Shown here: positions 43,351 through 53,449 of the stretch, one piece after another
Position numbering within the stretch: the stretch's first letter is position 1
Layout: every line of letters starts with the position of its first letter
Source of the DNA: Flavobacteriales bacterium
Lineage (GTDB): Bacteria > Bacteroidota > Bacteroidia > Flavobacteriales > UBA7312
Length of the DNA: 64,000 bases
Direction: 5' to 3'
Assembly (NCBI GenBank): GCA_037625715.1
Contig: JASJHQ010000043.1
Span: forward strand, 4,604-68,603
Made by a program: the position numbers and the translations under genes
The notes under the pieces: model-generated
The model's input: the letters and a program-made list of their open reading frames with translations, nothing else
Told to the model about the DNA's origin: nothing
Databases searched by the model: none

Positions 43351-46300
43351 CTTCTGTATTTATTTCTTCCTCATCAAAATCAATGAGAAGGTCTATTATT
43401 AATTCGTTGTCTTGATCTTGAGATTGAATTGATTTTTCTATTGCTTCTATATCCTTAAACTTAGAAAAAGAAAGCTCTATCAAGTCTTCACCCTGATAAT
43501 TATCAATAATACTTTGCAAAGTAGCTTTCGCTTGGAAATAATTTTCTTGCTTGACATATACATCAGAAAGAAGAATAAAAGCCTTTGCAATAAAGTAATC
43601 GTCAAAATAACTCTCAGCAAGCTCAAAAACACCTGCCTCTACAGCCTGAAAATCTTCCTCTATAAAGGAAAGTGCTGCTAACTGATACTTAGCTTCAGCG
43701 CCAAAAGAGTTGTTGTCGAGCACAGCAATTTCTTGATATTCTTTTTTAGCCGCATAAAACTCCGACAATTTAAAAGCGTTATTAGCCAAGACCAATCTAG
43801 CATCAAGCATTAACTGCTGATCTAACTTATCTATTTCCAACATAGCTCTAGCGGAAGACAACAACTGTTGTTCCGCATTAAGTTCTTTATGACACAAGAA
43901 CAAAGAAATTTTGGCCGATCGAATCAACTCCTGAGACGAAGCTATCTCAAGCAAAGCCTGAAAATGCAGCGCTGCAATACCAAACTGGCCTTGGCTAAAC
44001 TCAATAGAAGACATCTGACTTAAAACTCTTTCACTATACCTAGAATCGTTCCATTCATTAATTTTCAAATACTCATCAATCGCCTTATCTTTCTCATCTA
44101 ATTCGAAAAATGATTCCGCTAAATAGAAAGTAGCAGAATTCTTAAAAATAGGAGAATCAAAAGTTGACAAATACTCTTGTAATGCCTTTATAGATTTTTG
44201 AAAATCTTGCTTAAAAAAGAGCGTTTCCGCTCCATCAAAAGTTATAGAATCTTGAGCCGCAATACTAACGCTAACATCGGAAAGACCGTCAACATAACTT
44301 AAGTATTGTTTTACATCTCCTTGCTCTATAGATACATTTTTAAATGCGGCTAAAGCTTCTTTAGATTCGGAAGTAGAAGGATACATTTCGATAACTTTCT
44401 TAAAATTAACTAATGCCAAATTAAAATTATCGACATTGTAATAATGAAGTCCCAGCTTAAGAATGGAAGACTTAACCAAACTACTTGAAGGATAATCATT
44501 TATTAATTGACTTAGTAAGTTCACTCCTTTTTCTAACTCAGACTTGCTATTAAGATAAATGTCTGATAACATAAACATTGCATCATCATGGTATGGAGAA
44601 TCTGCATACTCTCCATAAAGAACATTGAGCATAGACCTCTTTTCTTTCTCCTGATTAGTTAGACCATAACAAAGCACTTGCTGGTAAATAGAATAATCCA
44701 CATCAAAAATATTTTTCTGTTGCGCTATTTTATAAAAATCTACAGCTCTTCTATAATTTTTAGACAAGAAATAACTATCGCCTAAACGAAGGTAGGCATC
44801 GTTAATTTTTTCCTGAGAAGAATCCATTTCCACAAACTTCCTAAACCACTTAATAGAATTAACATAATCATTGTTTAGGTAATAAGAGTAAGCTAAACCA
44901 TAATGACCATCTCCATATTCGTCAAGGTCAATTGAGCTAGAGCTAAATATAAAACTTTGGTAAGAGGATATTGCTTTATCGTATTGGAATAACCCAAAAT
45001 AAGATTCTGACTTCCAAAAATGAGCCAGAGAACTTAAATCTTCATTATTAGGGTAAGACAGACTTAGATCAAAACGCTTTATAACCTTATCGTAAGCCTT
45101 GATCTTAAAAAATTCTATGGCATCAAAGAAAGACGCTCTTTGCAATGTGTATTCTTGCTCTAGAGTAAGACTAGGCAAAGACTGTAAAAACGTTATTGTA
45201 GAGGTATAATCTTTAGTCGTGGCGTATGCTTTAACCAAAAAATCTCTAACGACATCGGTATTAGCGCTATTAGGATAATCTTCTAGAAATATTTTTATAG
45301 AATTAATTGCATCATTATAAGAAGAAGGATTTTGAACCAACAACTTCAAATAATTAAAATAGGCGTCTTCCTTTAAGAAAGAATTGAAAGAAAGTGAAGA
45401 ACAATACTTAAAGGTATTAGTTGCAAAACTTATTTGATTAGACTTAAGATAACATTCACCAAGCTGATAGGCCGCATATTGAGACAGACTATCTTCTTCT
45501 TCCAAAATTTCATCTAAAAACTCGATCGCAGATTCGTACTCATTAAGTTTAGCATAACTATAACCCAACTGATACTTCTCAAGTCTATCAAGCGAAGAGT
45601 TTGATTGGTATTTTTTCATGTAATCAATAGCTAAGCCGTAATCTTTTTTGAAATAATAAGCATCAGAAACTAAACGATTCAACTCATTATTTCGAGAATG
45701 ATCTACACTATCAATTAAAGGCAGAGCATAATCAATAAGCTCTTCGTATCTCTTCTGAAAATAATAAATTTGAGCAATATAATATTTACTAATCTGACCA
45801 AGAGACTTTACCTCACTAAGCTTTTCGAATCCGTTAAGAGCAGTAGCATAATTACCCTCGACATACGCAATATGAGCAGGATAATATTCTACTAATTCTT
45901 TAAACCTAAAATTCTCATTTCGTATTTCATAAAAGGAGAGTTTAGATTGCTCGTAGTCTTTAGCAACAAAGCTAGAATAACCCTGACGGAAGTAAAACAT
46001 CAACTTTTCATCGCTAGACAACAAAGACAAATCAATCTGTGTCATTCTTGCCAACACCCTCTTATAATCCTTTTTAATAAAATACAATCGAGAAAGCTGA
46101 TACTGAGCATCGTTAACATAAAACCCATCCTTAAAATCTTCGATATACCTTAATAACAAAAATTCAGCATCTTCATTAAACAATTCGATAGCACAAATTG
46201 CAATTCTTAAATCAACTTGCTCCATCTCCTGAGTAGAAACAAGAGGGCATTCAGATAAATATGTATAATAAGATTGTGCTAAAGAATAATTTTTACTTTC

Positions 46301-46411
46301 GAACAATTGATCTGCAATATCTTTGTCGCAATCAGATGAATAACAGAATTGAGCAGTAAAAAAGGCGCTTAAAAAAAGAAATATAGACTTTAAATTCATG
46401 TACTTTTTCAT
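43340..46411 (-). CDS. Large periplasmic tetratricopeptide-repeat protein
   Basis: Signal peptide and many TPRs (AYLRLGDSYF, A.F.LAESFF, YP.S motifs). Confidence 0.9.
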   Translation of the reverse strand: MKKYMNLKSIFLFLSAFFTAQFCYSSDCDKDIADQLFESKNYSLAQSYYTYLSECPLVSTQEMEQVDLRIAICAIELFNEDAEFLLLRYIEDFKDGFYVNDAQYQLSRLYFIKKDYKRVLARMTQIDLSLLSSDEKLMFYFRQGYSSFVAKDYEQSKLSFYEIRNENFRFKELVEYYPAHIAYVEGNYATALNGFEKLSEVKSLGQISKYYIAQIYYFQKRYEELIDYALPLIDSVDHSRNNELNRLVSDAYYFKKDYGLAIDYMKKYQSNSSLDRLEKYQLGYSYAKLNEYESAIEFLDEILEEEDSLSQYAAYQLGECYLKSNQISFATNTFKYCSSLSFNSFLKEDAYFNYLKLLVQNPSSYNDAINSIKIFLEDYPNSANTDVVRDFLVKAYATTKDYTSTITFLQSLPSLTLEQEYTLQRASFFDAIEFFKIKAYDKVIKRFDLSLSYPNNEDLSSLAHFWKSESYFGLFQYDKAISSYQSFIFSSSSIDLDEYGDGHYGLAYSYYLNNDYVNSIKWFRKFVEMDSSQEKINDAYLRLGDSYFLSKNYRRAVDFYKIAQQKNIFDVDYSIYQQVLCYGLTNQEKEKRSMLNVLYGEYADSPYHDDAMFMLSDIYLNSKSELEKGVNLLSQLINDYPSSSLVKSSILKLGLHYYNVDNFNLALVNFKKVIEMYPSTSESKEALAAFKNVSIEQGDVKQYLSYVDGLSDVSVSIAAQDSITFDGAETLFFKQDFQKSIKALQEYLSTFDSPIFKNSATFYLAESFFELDEKDKAIDEYLKINEWNDSRYSERVLSQMSSIEFSQGQFGIAALHFQALLEIASSQELIRSAKISLFLCHKELNAEQQLLSSARAMLEIDKLDQQLMLDARLVLANNAFKLSEFYAAKKEYQEIAVLDNNSFGAEAKYQLAALSFIEEDFQAVEAGVFELAESYFDDYFIAKAFILLSDVYVKQENYFQAKATLQSIIDNYQGEDLIELSFSKFKDIEAIEKSIQSQDQDNELIIDLLIDFDEEEINTEDEE

Positions 46412-46547
46412 AATGAGCTAATTTATCAAACATTGAAATTTCTAGAGAACAAGGCTCAATAAGTTATTAACAGAATGGTTGTGCATAAAGAAGACTTGTT
46501 GACCGCCTTAAAAAAATTAAATTTGTAATGAAGAAAACTATTCAACC

Positions 46548-47213
46548 ATGTCTAAAATAGAAGTTAATCACGCCGACATATTTCAAAAAGAACATTTAAT
46601 ACTTTCTGATGTCACATTTAATATTCAAGCTTCAGAATTTGTCTATTTAATTGGAGACACAGGAAGTGGAAAAAGCAGCTTATTAAAAACGCTGTATGGA
46701 GAACTTCCTCTTAAAAACGGAACAATAAATGTTTCTGACTACCAACTATTCAATTTAAAAAAGGAAAAAATTCCGTTTCTAAGACGTAAAATAGGAATTG
46801 TATTTCAAGATTTTCAGCTATTGCCAGACAGATCTGTTCATGAAAATTTAGCTTTTGTATTAAAAGCCACAGGCTGGAAGATTGAAGAAGACATTAACAA
46901 TCGAATAAATGAGGTGTTAGAAAAGGTAAATATGCAAGACCATATTTACAAAATGCCACACGAACTTTCTGGAGGCGAACAACAAAGAGTATGTATTTCT
47001 AGAGCATTGCTAAATGATCCCAAAGTAATTTTAGCGGATGAACCAACAGGAAACCTTGACCCTGACACCACAAATAGAATATTAGAATTACTTCACGAAC
47101 TATGCAAAGGAGGTTGCGCTATACTAATGGCAACTCACGAACATACTTTACTAGAAAGATTCCCTGCCAAAATCATCAAATGTGAAGAGGGAAAACTAAT
47201 CGCACTAAATTAA
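46548..47213 (+). CDS. FtsE-like ABC ATPase
   Basis: Walker A GDTGSGKS, IGIVFQDFQLL, LSGGEQQR, LADEPTGNLD. Confidence 0.9.
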   Translation: MSKIEVNHADIFQKEHLILSDVTFNIQASEFVYLIGDTGSGKSSLLKTLYGELPLKNGTINVSDYQLFNLKKEKIPFLRRKIGIVFQDFQLLPDRSVHENLAFVLKATGWKIEEDINNRINEVLEKVNMQDHIYKMPHELSGGEQQRVCISRALLNDPKVILADEPTGNLDPDTTNRILELLHELCKGGCAILMATHEHTLLERFPAKIIKCEEGKLIALN

Positions 47214-47217
47214 AAAA

Positions 47218-48330
47218 GTGAAAAAAAAAGCCATAAACATAATCTCCTTAGACACTCCATATCCGGACAATTACGGAGGAATAATTGATATTTTTCAAAA
47301 GATCAAAGCCATACACGCGCAAGGAATCAACATTCATCTACATTGTTTTAGTGAAGATAAAAAGAAAAGCAAAGAATTAGAAAAATATTGCCAAAGCGTA
47401 AATTATTATAAACGAAATAAAAACTGGCAAAAGTGGTTTTCTCTCACTCCTTTCATAGTAAAATCTAGAGATAGTAAGGCTCTTTTAAAGAAGCTATTAA
47501 AAAACAAATTTCCAATTCTTTTTGAAGGTATTCATACAACCTATTTAGCAAGCCATGAAGACTTAGTAAACAGAAAATTATTTCTTCGAAACCATAATAT
47601 CGAAGAAAATTATTATCACGCTCTTTATCAAAAGGAAAAAAATATTTTCAAGAAATTATTTTTCTTCTCCGAATACTTAAAATTAAAAAATTACGAGAGT
47701 AATTTAAAATCAATTGATTCCGTATTTTCTATTACAGAAAAAGACAATACCTATTTTAGTCAATTCTATTACAGCGAATTGATACAGGTCTTTCACCAAG
47801 AAAAAGAAGTGAAAACTAAAGAAGGAAAAGGAAATTTTGCGCTATACCATGGCAATCTATCCGTTTTAGAGAACCAAGAAGCAGCACTATATTTTGTAAA
47901 TAATATTTTTAGCGGAATAGATTATCCACTAGTTATTGCAGGCAAAAACCCTACAAAAGAACTAAAGGCAGAAATAGAGAAAAATAAAAAAATAAAATTA
48001 GTAGAAAACCCAAGCGACAAGCAAATCAACGACTTAATCTGTAGCGCTCACATAAACATACTGTCTACCCATCAAGAAACCGGAATTAAATTGAAATTAT
48101 TAAAGTCGCTATTTTTAGGAAGACACTGCCTAGTAAACGACAAAATGCTTCACGGCACTGAACTTTCTCCTTTCTGCCATATTGCCAACAGCAAATCCCA
48201 ATGGGTAGAGCAAATAAATAATTTGCAGAAAAAGGCATTTACTAAAAAAGATGTCGAAAAAAGAAGCAACATAAAAGAGCTTTACAATAATGAAGATGAA
48301 GCTAAAAAAATAATAGAATTTATTTTTTAA
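47218..48330 (+). CDS. GT-B (GT4-like) glycosyltransferase
   Basis: PYPDNYGG.ID, R.HNIE, YHGNLSV.EN, TGIKLKLL. Confidence 0.8.
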   Translation: MKKKAINIISLDTPYPDNYGGIIDIFQKIKAIHAQGINIHLHCFSEDKKKSKELEKYCQSVNYYKRNKNWQKWFSLTPFIVKSRDSKALLKKLLKNKFPILFEGIHTTYLASHEDLVNRKLFLRNHNIEENYYHALYQKEKNIFKKLFFFSEYLKLKNYESNLKSIDSVFSITEKDNTYFSQFYYSELIQVFHQEKEVKTKEGKGNFALYHGNLSVLENQEAALYFVNNIFSGIDYPLVIAGKNPTKELKAEIEKNKKIKLVENPSDKQINDLICSAHINILSTHQETGIKLKLLKSLFLGRHCLVNDKMLHGTELSPFCHIANSKSQWVEQINNLQKKAFTKKDVEKRSNIKELYNNEDEAKKIIEFIF

Positions 48331-49393
48331 TAGGAAGAAAAACAGAAGCTAAAACCTCCTCTTCCTTTTGCCAATTTAATTCTTGTTTTGCCAGTTCGTA
48401 ATCAGAATTATTAAAGCCTGTACTATAAAGCAATTCTATCTGAGCAGCTACATCCTTTGGACTTCTATTATTCAACAAAACACCTATCTTATATTTATCT
48501 ACTACAGATTTGACTTCTTTTAACGGACTTGCAATAATTTTTAAGTCGGAGTGAATGTAATCGAACAACTTATTAGGCAAACTATAAGAAAAACTTAATC
48601 CTATAGGCTCTTCCAACAACAAGCCAATACTAGCTTTTTTAGTATAATCTCTTAGATGCTCGAAAGGAACTTTACCTACAAATTCAACCCTATCTAAAAC
48701 GCCTATTTCTCTGCTCAAATCTTTTAGAAACTCAAAGCCCCCTCCAACAATAATTAGATTAAAATCAGGCAAATAAGCTAAACAACGAATTGCTAAATCA
48801 AGACCCCTTCCTTTATTATAATTGCCTTGAAAAATGAGTGTCTTATTGTTATGTTTTAATCTATCAAAAGTAGTCTTGTAAGGTACATTTCGAACCACCT
48901 TCATTTCTACATTTAGCTTTTGATTAAAATGATTGGCCAAAGACTGACAAACAGTGTAACTATGTTTTACTTTAGGTAGCAGAAAAGACTCCAAACTTTG
49001 CCAGAACATCTGAATTCTAGGGCGATTATTTAATTCGGGAGAATCAGAAAATATTTCGTGACTATCAAAAACAAGATTATTTTTTTTAATTTTTGAAACT
49101 AAATAATTGGGCAGAAGCGTATCTAAATCATTGCTAAGCAAGTGTTCCGACTTATTAAACAATAGAAAGAGAAACAATCTTACACTAAACTCTGCATAAA
49201 AAAAAGAACCTTTTTTGAACCACATAGGAAACCGAGAAGTAGCATACTCTCTATCTAATACCTTGCTGTCAGCTTGTAAGAATCCGACAAGCAAAACATC
49301 AAAGCCAAAAGCTTGAAGGCTAGTGCAAACCTTATGAACTCTCTGATCAGTACTTAAGTCATTAGTAACAGAAACTATTATCCTATTGGGCAT
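48320..49393 (-). CDS. GT4 glycosyltransferase (start probably MPNRIIV at 49393)
   Basis: SVTNDL.TDQRV.K, NDLDTL, DSHE, SLPNKLFDY. Confidence 0.88.
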   Translation of the reverse strand: MPNRIIVSVTNDLSTDQRVHKVCTSLQAFGFDVLLVGFLQADSKVLDREYATSRFPMWFKKGSFFYAEFSVRLFLFLLFNKSEHLLSNDLDTLLPNYLVSKIKKNNLVFDSHEIFSDSPELNNRPRIQMFWQSLESFLLPKVKHSYTVCQSLANHFNQKLNVEMKVVRNVPYKTTFDRLKHNNKTLIFQGNYNKGRGLDLAIRCLAYLPDFNLIIVGGGFEFLKDLSREIGVLDRVEFVGKVPFEHLRDYTKKASIGLLLEEPIGLSFSYSLPNKLFDYIHSDLKIIASPLKEVKSVVDKYKIGVLLNNRSPKDVAAQIELLYSTGFNNSDYELAKQELNWQKEEEVLASVFLPIKK

Positions 49394-49440
49394 AAGCGAA
49401 AATAATAAAATAGAGCATGCAATAAACAAGAAGTATTTTC

Positions 49441-49448
49441 TAAATTTG
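49441..49448 (+). promoter_or_regulatory. -7 promoter element, probably a leaderless murB transcript
   Basis: TAAATTTG 5 nt upstream of the ATG. Confidence 0.6.
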
Positions 49449-49453
49449 GAAAC

Positions 49454-50455
49454 ATGATTTCAGACAACCAAAATCTTCAAGCGTTTAATACTTTTGGGAT
49501 AGAAGCAAATGCAAAACATTTTGCCGCCTTCCAATCTGTTACTCAATTAACATCCTTACTTAATGAGCTAAAAGAGCCATTATTAGTACTGGGTGGAGGA
49601 AGCAACATTTTACTTACCAAAGATTTTGAAGGGACAGTTTTAAAAAATGAAATCGAAGGTATCGAAATTTTTAATGAAGATGAAGATTGTGCCTTTGTAA
49701 GAGTAGGTGCTGGAGTATCTTGGCACGACTTTGTAACATGGGCAATAGACAATAACTTAGGAGGAGCAGAAAACATGTCTCTAATACCTGGAAGTGTAGG
49801 TGCTGCACCGATGCAAAATATTGGAGCATATGGAGTAGAGTTGAAATCTATTTTTCACGAGCTTGAAGCCGTTTCTATTGAAAAGAAAGACATACAGACA
49901 TTTAGTAATGAGGATTGCGACTTCGGATATCGCTACTCTATCTTTAAAGGCCCGCTTAAAGATAAATACGTTATTACTTCCGTTAGCTTCCGACTACAGA
50001 AAAAACATAGCTTTAATACCTCCTATGGAGCAATTGAAGAGCAATTAAAAACAATGGGTCTTGAGCCAAATCTTAAGAACATTAGCGATGCAGTAATTGC
50101 AATTCGTCAACAGAAATTACCAGATCCTAAAAAAATTGGAAACAGCGGAAGTTTCTTTAAAAACCCAGTTGTCGACAATGAAAAGTTTCAAGCATTAAAA
50201 AAACAATTTCCCAATATAGTCGGCTACCCAGTTTCAGAAACACAAACTAAATTAGCTGCAGGTTGGCTTATTGACCAAGCAGGCTGGAAAGGGTATCAAA
50301 ACGGAGATGCTGGAGTACACAAAAATCAAGCCCTAGTTCTTGTAAATTATGGAAATGCCAAAGGAAAAGAAATCTGGGACTTATCGGAAAAAATCTTGCA
50401 ATCCATTTCCGAAAAATACGGCATTGAACTAGAAAGAGAAGTAAATATTATTTAA
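49454..50455 (+). CDS. murB: UDP-N-acetylmuramate dehydrogenase
   Basis: LGGGSN, IPGSVGAAPMQNIGAYG, GYR.S.FK, GSFFKNP, ALVLVN, LE.EV. Confidence 0.97.
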   Translation: MISDNQNLQAFNTFGIEANAKHFAAFQSVTQLTSLLNELKEPLLVLGGGSNILLTKDFEGTVLKNEIEGIEIFNEDEDCAFVRVGAGVSWHDFVTWAIDNNLGGAENMSLIPGSVGAAPMQNIGAYGVELKSIFHELEAVSIEKKDIQTFSNEDCDFGYRYSIFKGPLKDKYVITSVSFRLQKKHSFNTSYGAIEEQLKTMGLEPNLKNISDAVIAIRQQKLPDPKKIGNSGSFFKNPVVDNEKFQALKKQFPNIVGYPVSETQTKLAAGWLIDQAGWKGYQNGDAGVHKNQALVLVNYGNAKGKEIWDLSEKILQSISEKYGIELEREVNII

Positions 50456-50480
50456 GACTATCTACTAAAATATAGGCATT

Positions 50481-50509
50481 AAAAAAGCAGCTCAAATGAG
50501 CTACTTTTT
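50481..50509. repeat. Palindromic terminator/direct repeat, CTCAAATGAG family copy 3 (left boundary of cargo)
   Basis: AAAAAAGCAGCTCAAATGAGCTACTTTTT; 28/29 identical to 53450-53478. Confidence 0.85.
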
Positions 50510-50567
50510 TAATAATAGGAAATTGTTAATAGCTAAACTAGTAGATAGATTTGCAATTATAAAATTA

Positions 50568-50866
50568 CTATTCGGCTATAATACCATACATTTCATTAAA
50601 ACCTGTTGAGTTAGCGCATACATTAGTTGGATATGTTTCATAACCAATCGAATAATCTTTTTCTTCGTATAGACTGTTGTTATGATAAGTCTTAGCACTT
50701 ACTTCTACACATCCTGTAGTGTTTGCAACATTTAAAATAAACATTTGCATCATATAGTAAAAAGTTGTTCCACTAAGTTTTCAGCAAAACTATCAGCTTC
50801 ATCTTCTGAACAAGAAAAAAATAGTGTAGAGAAAAATAAAACAAGTAAAAAGTGGAATGGTTTCAT
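50568..50866 (-). pseudogene. Frame-split lipoprotein gene (or two coupled mini-ORFs)
   Basis: 50750-50866 encodes MKPFHFLLVLFFSTLFFSC-SEDEADSFAENLVEQLFTI* (lipobox); the second frame is open from KLSGTTFYY into the 61-aa ORF 50568-50753. Confidence 0.6.
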
Positions 50867-50889
50867 ATCTAGTTTATAAAAATAATTTG

Positions 50890-53349
50890 CTACTGCAGAA
50901 TAAGCTTATGATTACTTATTCCAATAGATGTTTTAATAGTTAAATTATAGATGCCTTTAGAATAGTGAGATAAATCTATTTGAGACCTAAACTCCCCATT
51001 GGATTTATTTGATTCAAAATAAACTTGCTTACCCAAAACATTATTAACTCTTATTTCAATCTCATTATCTAAGTATAGCTCCAAATTAAATACATTAGAA
51101 GATGGATTAGGGTAAATAATTACTTTAAAGTCATTTTCGGAAATTGATGATGCATTCTGACATACCTGTTGGCAATCATTTAAAGAGGAATACCCTCCTG
51201 TTCCGTCCATAGGATCAACACAAGCGTCGCCAATGCAGTTAAATGTTATTGAAGGATCATCCTGACATTCTTGTTGGCAATCATTTAACGAGGAGTACCC
51301 TCCTGTTCCGTCCATAGGATCAACACAAGCTTCACCAATACAGTTAAATGATATTAAAGGATCATCCTGACACACTTGTTGGCAATCATTTAAAGAAGAG
51401 TACCCTCCGGTTCCGTCCATTGGATCAACGCAAGCTTCACCAATGCAGTTAAATGATATTAAAGGATCATCCTGACACTCTTGTTGACAAACATTTATAG
51501 AGGAGTAATCTCCTGTTCCATCCATAGGATCAACACAAGCGTCGCCAATGCAATTAAACGACTCAGACAGAACATCATCACATTGATCAGAGCGTTCGGC
51601 TGATCCAATATCTTTAATATTGACAGCCACTATATTATTTTGAGATAAACCTGTATAACCTGGGTCTCCGTTATCGTGAGCAATGCTACAATAATCAGGC
51701 AAAAGATAGGGAGTGAAAGATGAATTATCATCTATTAAAGTTAACATCGGATCATCTATTCCATCAAAATTTGTTTCTGACAGATTATTTAAATTATTGC
51801 CAAACATATTATATCCTGAAGCGATAATAGTACTTCCTGGAAAAAAATCAATCACATCAACAATACTATTTACAAATGTGACTGTTCCTGTCTCATCATA
51901 ATATTGATACTGCTGCAAGCTTAAACTAGATTCGTTTTGATAAAAAGTCGAAGAATGAATCAATATCTCCGTTTCTGTTGTAAAGTATAATACCTTGTCA
52001 TTATTGTAAAAAGTAGAGTTGTAAATTTCTAAATAACCTTTAGATTGTGAAATCATATGATACATGGTATAAACTCCACCAGTATTGTTACTAAAAAAAC
52101 AAGAATTAATATACGTTTGGCAAGATGTACAATTAATATTATTAATATTTATTTCTAAATTGTCGTTATCAGAAAAAATACAATTATTAAAGTTAAGTGA
52201 GTTTATATCTTTCGAGAAAACATTCCCATTTACAATACAACTATCCATTATTATTTGATTTGTTGACATACTATTACCATTAATAGACAAGTCGGCATTA
52301 AAAGTAGTATTTGAGAACATCAAGCTAGGTGTGTCATTAAGATCATCAAAATTAAAATCCAAAGAATTATATAAGGAATTATCAGATTGAAAGATCGAAT
52401 TAGAAATATTGATTAAACCCATACTTCCATCAGAGAAATTATTAGCACTAACCCCATCAACATTCCCTTCTCCCCCAAAAGTAAAAGAACAACTATTAAA
52501 ATTTGAATTAGAGATATTTAAATCTGTAGGATAATTATTATCAATATTTTGGTTCAGCCTTATAGTAGAATTACTAAAATTAACTGCATCAAGATTTACT
52601 ACCAATTCATCTGCCTGAAAATATTGCATATAACCAACATATGAATTTTCTACATTAAAATTATTAAACGTAGAATTTGAAATATCTAACTTTTCTAAAG
52701 CAGAATAAGTGCTAATCGAAGAGTTGTTAAATTCAGAAGACGACATGGTAATATCAGTTGTACCATACAGGTATTTTTCATCAATAAGAACACCTAGGTT
52801 AATCCCATAACAATAAGATATTGTAAAACTTAAATTTGGGGCATCAAGAAAGAAAATTTTACTTGCTGAGTTAGTAAATTGACAATTCTCAACATTCACA
52901 TTAATGTCACTTACTTGATTCTGAAACTGGAAAACCCTAGCTGAAGAAGAAGATCCTAGATTTATGACAAAGGAGTTTTTAATCTCGAAATCATTATTAA
53001 TATTAAAAAAAACAAAATCTTGTTGAGAATCAGGATGTATATCAATACTATCAATTTCAAGCTCTCCATAGGAGAAAAAAGTACCATCATTAAACTTCAA
53101 GTACAAACTATTATTATCATCTGAAAGACCAACAATTCTTACATCTGAATTAGAAGTAATATTTGAGTTTATATTAATTGTTTGGTTTATTAAATAGCTT
53201 TCAAACCTAATCGTTGTACCATCTTCTGCATTCTCAACAGCATCTTTAAAAGACCCTGGCCCTGAGTCATTAGAGTTACTAACATAAACAGTTTGAGATA
53301 TTCCAAAAAATGGAGTCAATAAAATAAGTAGTAAATAAAATGCTTTCAT
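50890..53349 (-). CDS. T9SS type A substrate: beta-helix, choice-of-anchor-Q-like segment and Cys-rich repeats
   Basis: Signal peptide, VSNSNDSGPGSF start of a beta-helix, Asn-rich I.NS.F repeats, DPML...DIGSAE, CTD IYPNPS...KG.Y...KLILQ. Confidence 0.82.
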   Translation of the reverse strand: MKAFYLLLILLTPFFGISQTVYVSNSNDSGPGSFKDAVENAEDGTTIRFESYLINQTININSNITSNSDVRIVGLSDDNNSLYLKFNDGTFFSYGELEIDSIDIHPDSQQDFVFFNINNDFEIKNSFVINLGSSSSARVFQFQNQVSDINVNVENCQFTNSASKIFFLDAPNLSFTISYCYGINLGVLIDEKYLYGTTDITMSSSEFNNSSISTYSALEKLDISNSTFNNFNVENSYVGYMQYFQADELVVNLDAVNFSNSTIRLNQNIDNNYPTDLNISNSNFNSCSFTFGGEGNVDGVSANNFSDGSMGLINISNSIFQSDNSLYNSLDFNFDDLNDTPSLMFSNTTFNADLSINGNSMSTNQIIMDSCIVNGNVFSKDINSLNFNNCIFSDNDNLEININNINCTSCQTYINSCFFSNNTGGVYTMYHMISQSKGYLEIYNSTFYNNDKVLYFTTETEILIHSSTFYQNESSLSLQQYQYYDETGTVTFVNSIVDVIDFFPGSTIIASGYNMFGNNLNNLSETNFDGIDDPMLTLIDDNSSFTPYLLPDYCSIAHDNGDPGYTGLSQNNIVAVNIKDIGSAERSDQCDDVLSESFNCIGDACVDPMDGTGDYSSINVCQQECQDDPLISFNCIGEACVDPMDGTGGYSSLNDCQQVCQDDPLISFNCIGEACVDPMDGTGGYSSLNDCQQECQDDPSITFNCIGDACVDPMDGTGGYSSLNDCQQVCQNASSISENDFKVIIYPNPSSNVFNLELYLDNEIEIRVNNVLGKQVYFESNKSNGEFRSQIDLSHYSKGIYNLTIKTSIGISNHKLILQ
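51157..51561 (-). repeat. Four tandem 105-bp (35-aa) coding repeats
   Basis: Unit SFNCIG[DE]ACVDPMDGTG[GD]YSS[LI]N[DV]CQQ[EV]CQDDP.I; the CCAT(A/T)GGATCAAC motif recurs every 105 bp. Confidence 0.95.
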
Positions 53350-53449
53350 AATTTGTTGTTAAGATATAAGATAAGAATAGCGAATATAACCATTTTTATG
53401 AGAGACATGCGTTTAAAGACAACCTCAAATACTTTAGATACAGACATAA

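Noticed and set aside
48320-48330. 11-bp 3' overlap of the convergent glycosyltransferases as antisense regulation
   Set aside because: Short convergent overlaps also occur at atoE/permease and ruvC/HIT and simply reflect genome compaction
51157-51561. Regularly spaced repeats as a CRISPR array or DGR template/variable pair
   Set aside because: Contiguous in-frame 105-bp units without unique spacers; differences are mostly synonymous and not adenine-specific; no cas or reverse transcriptase gene
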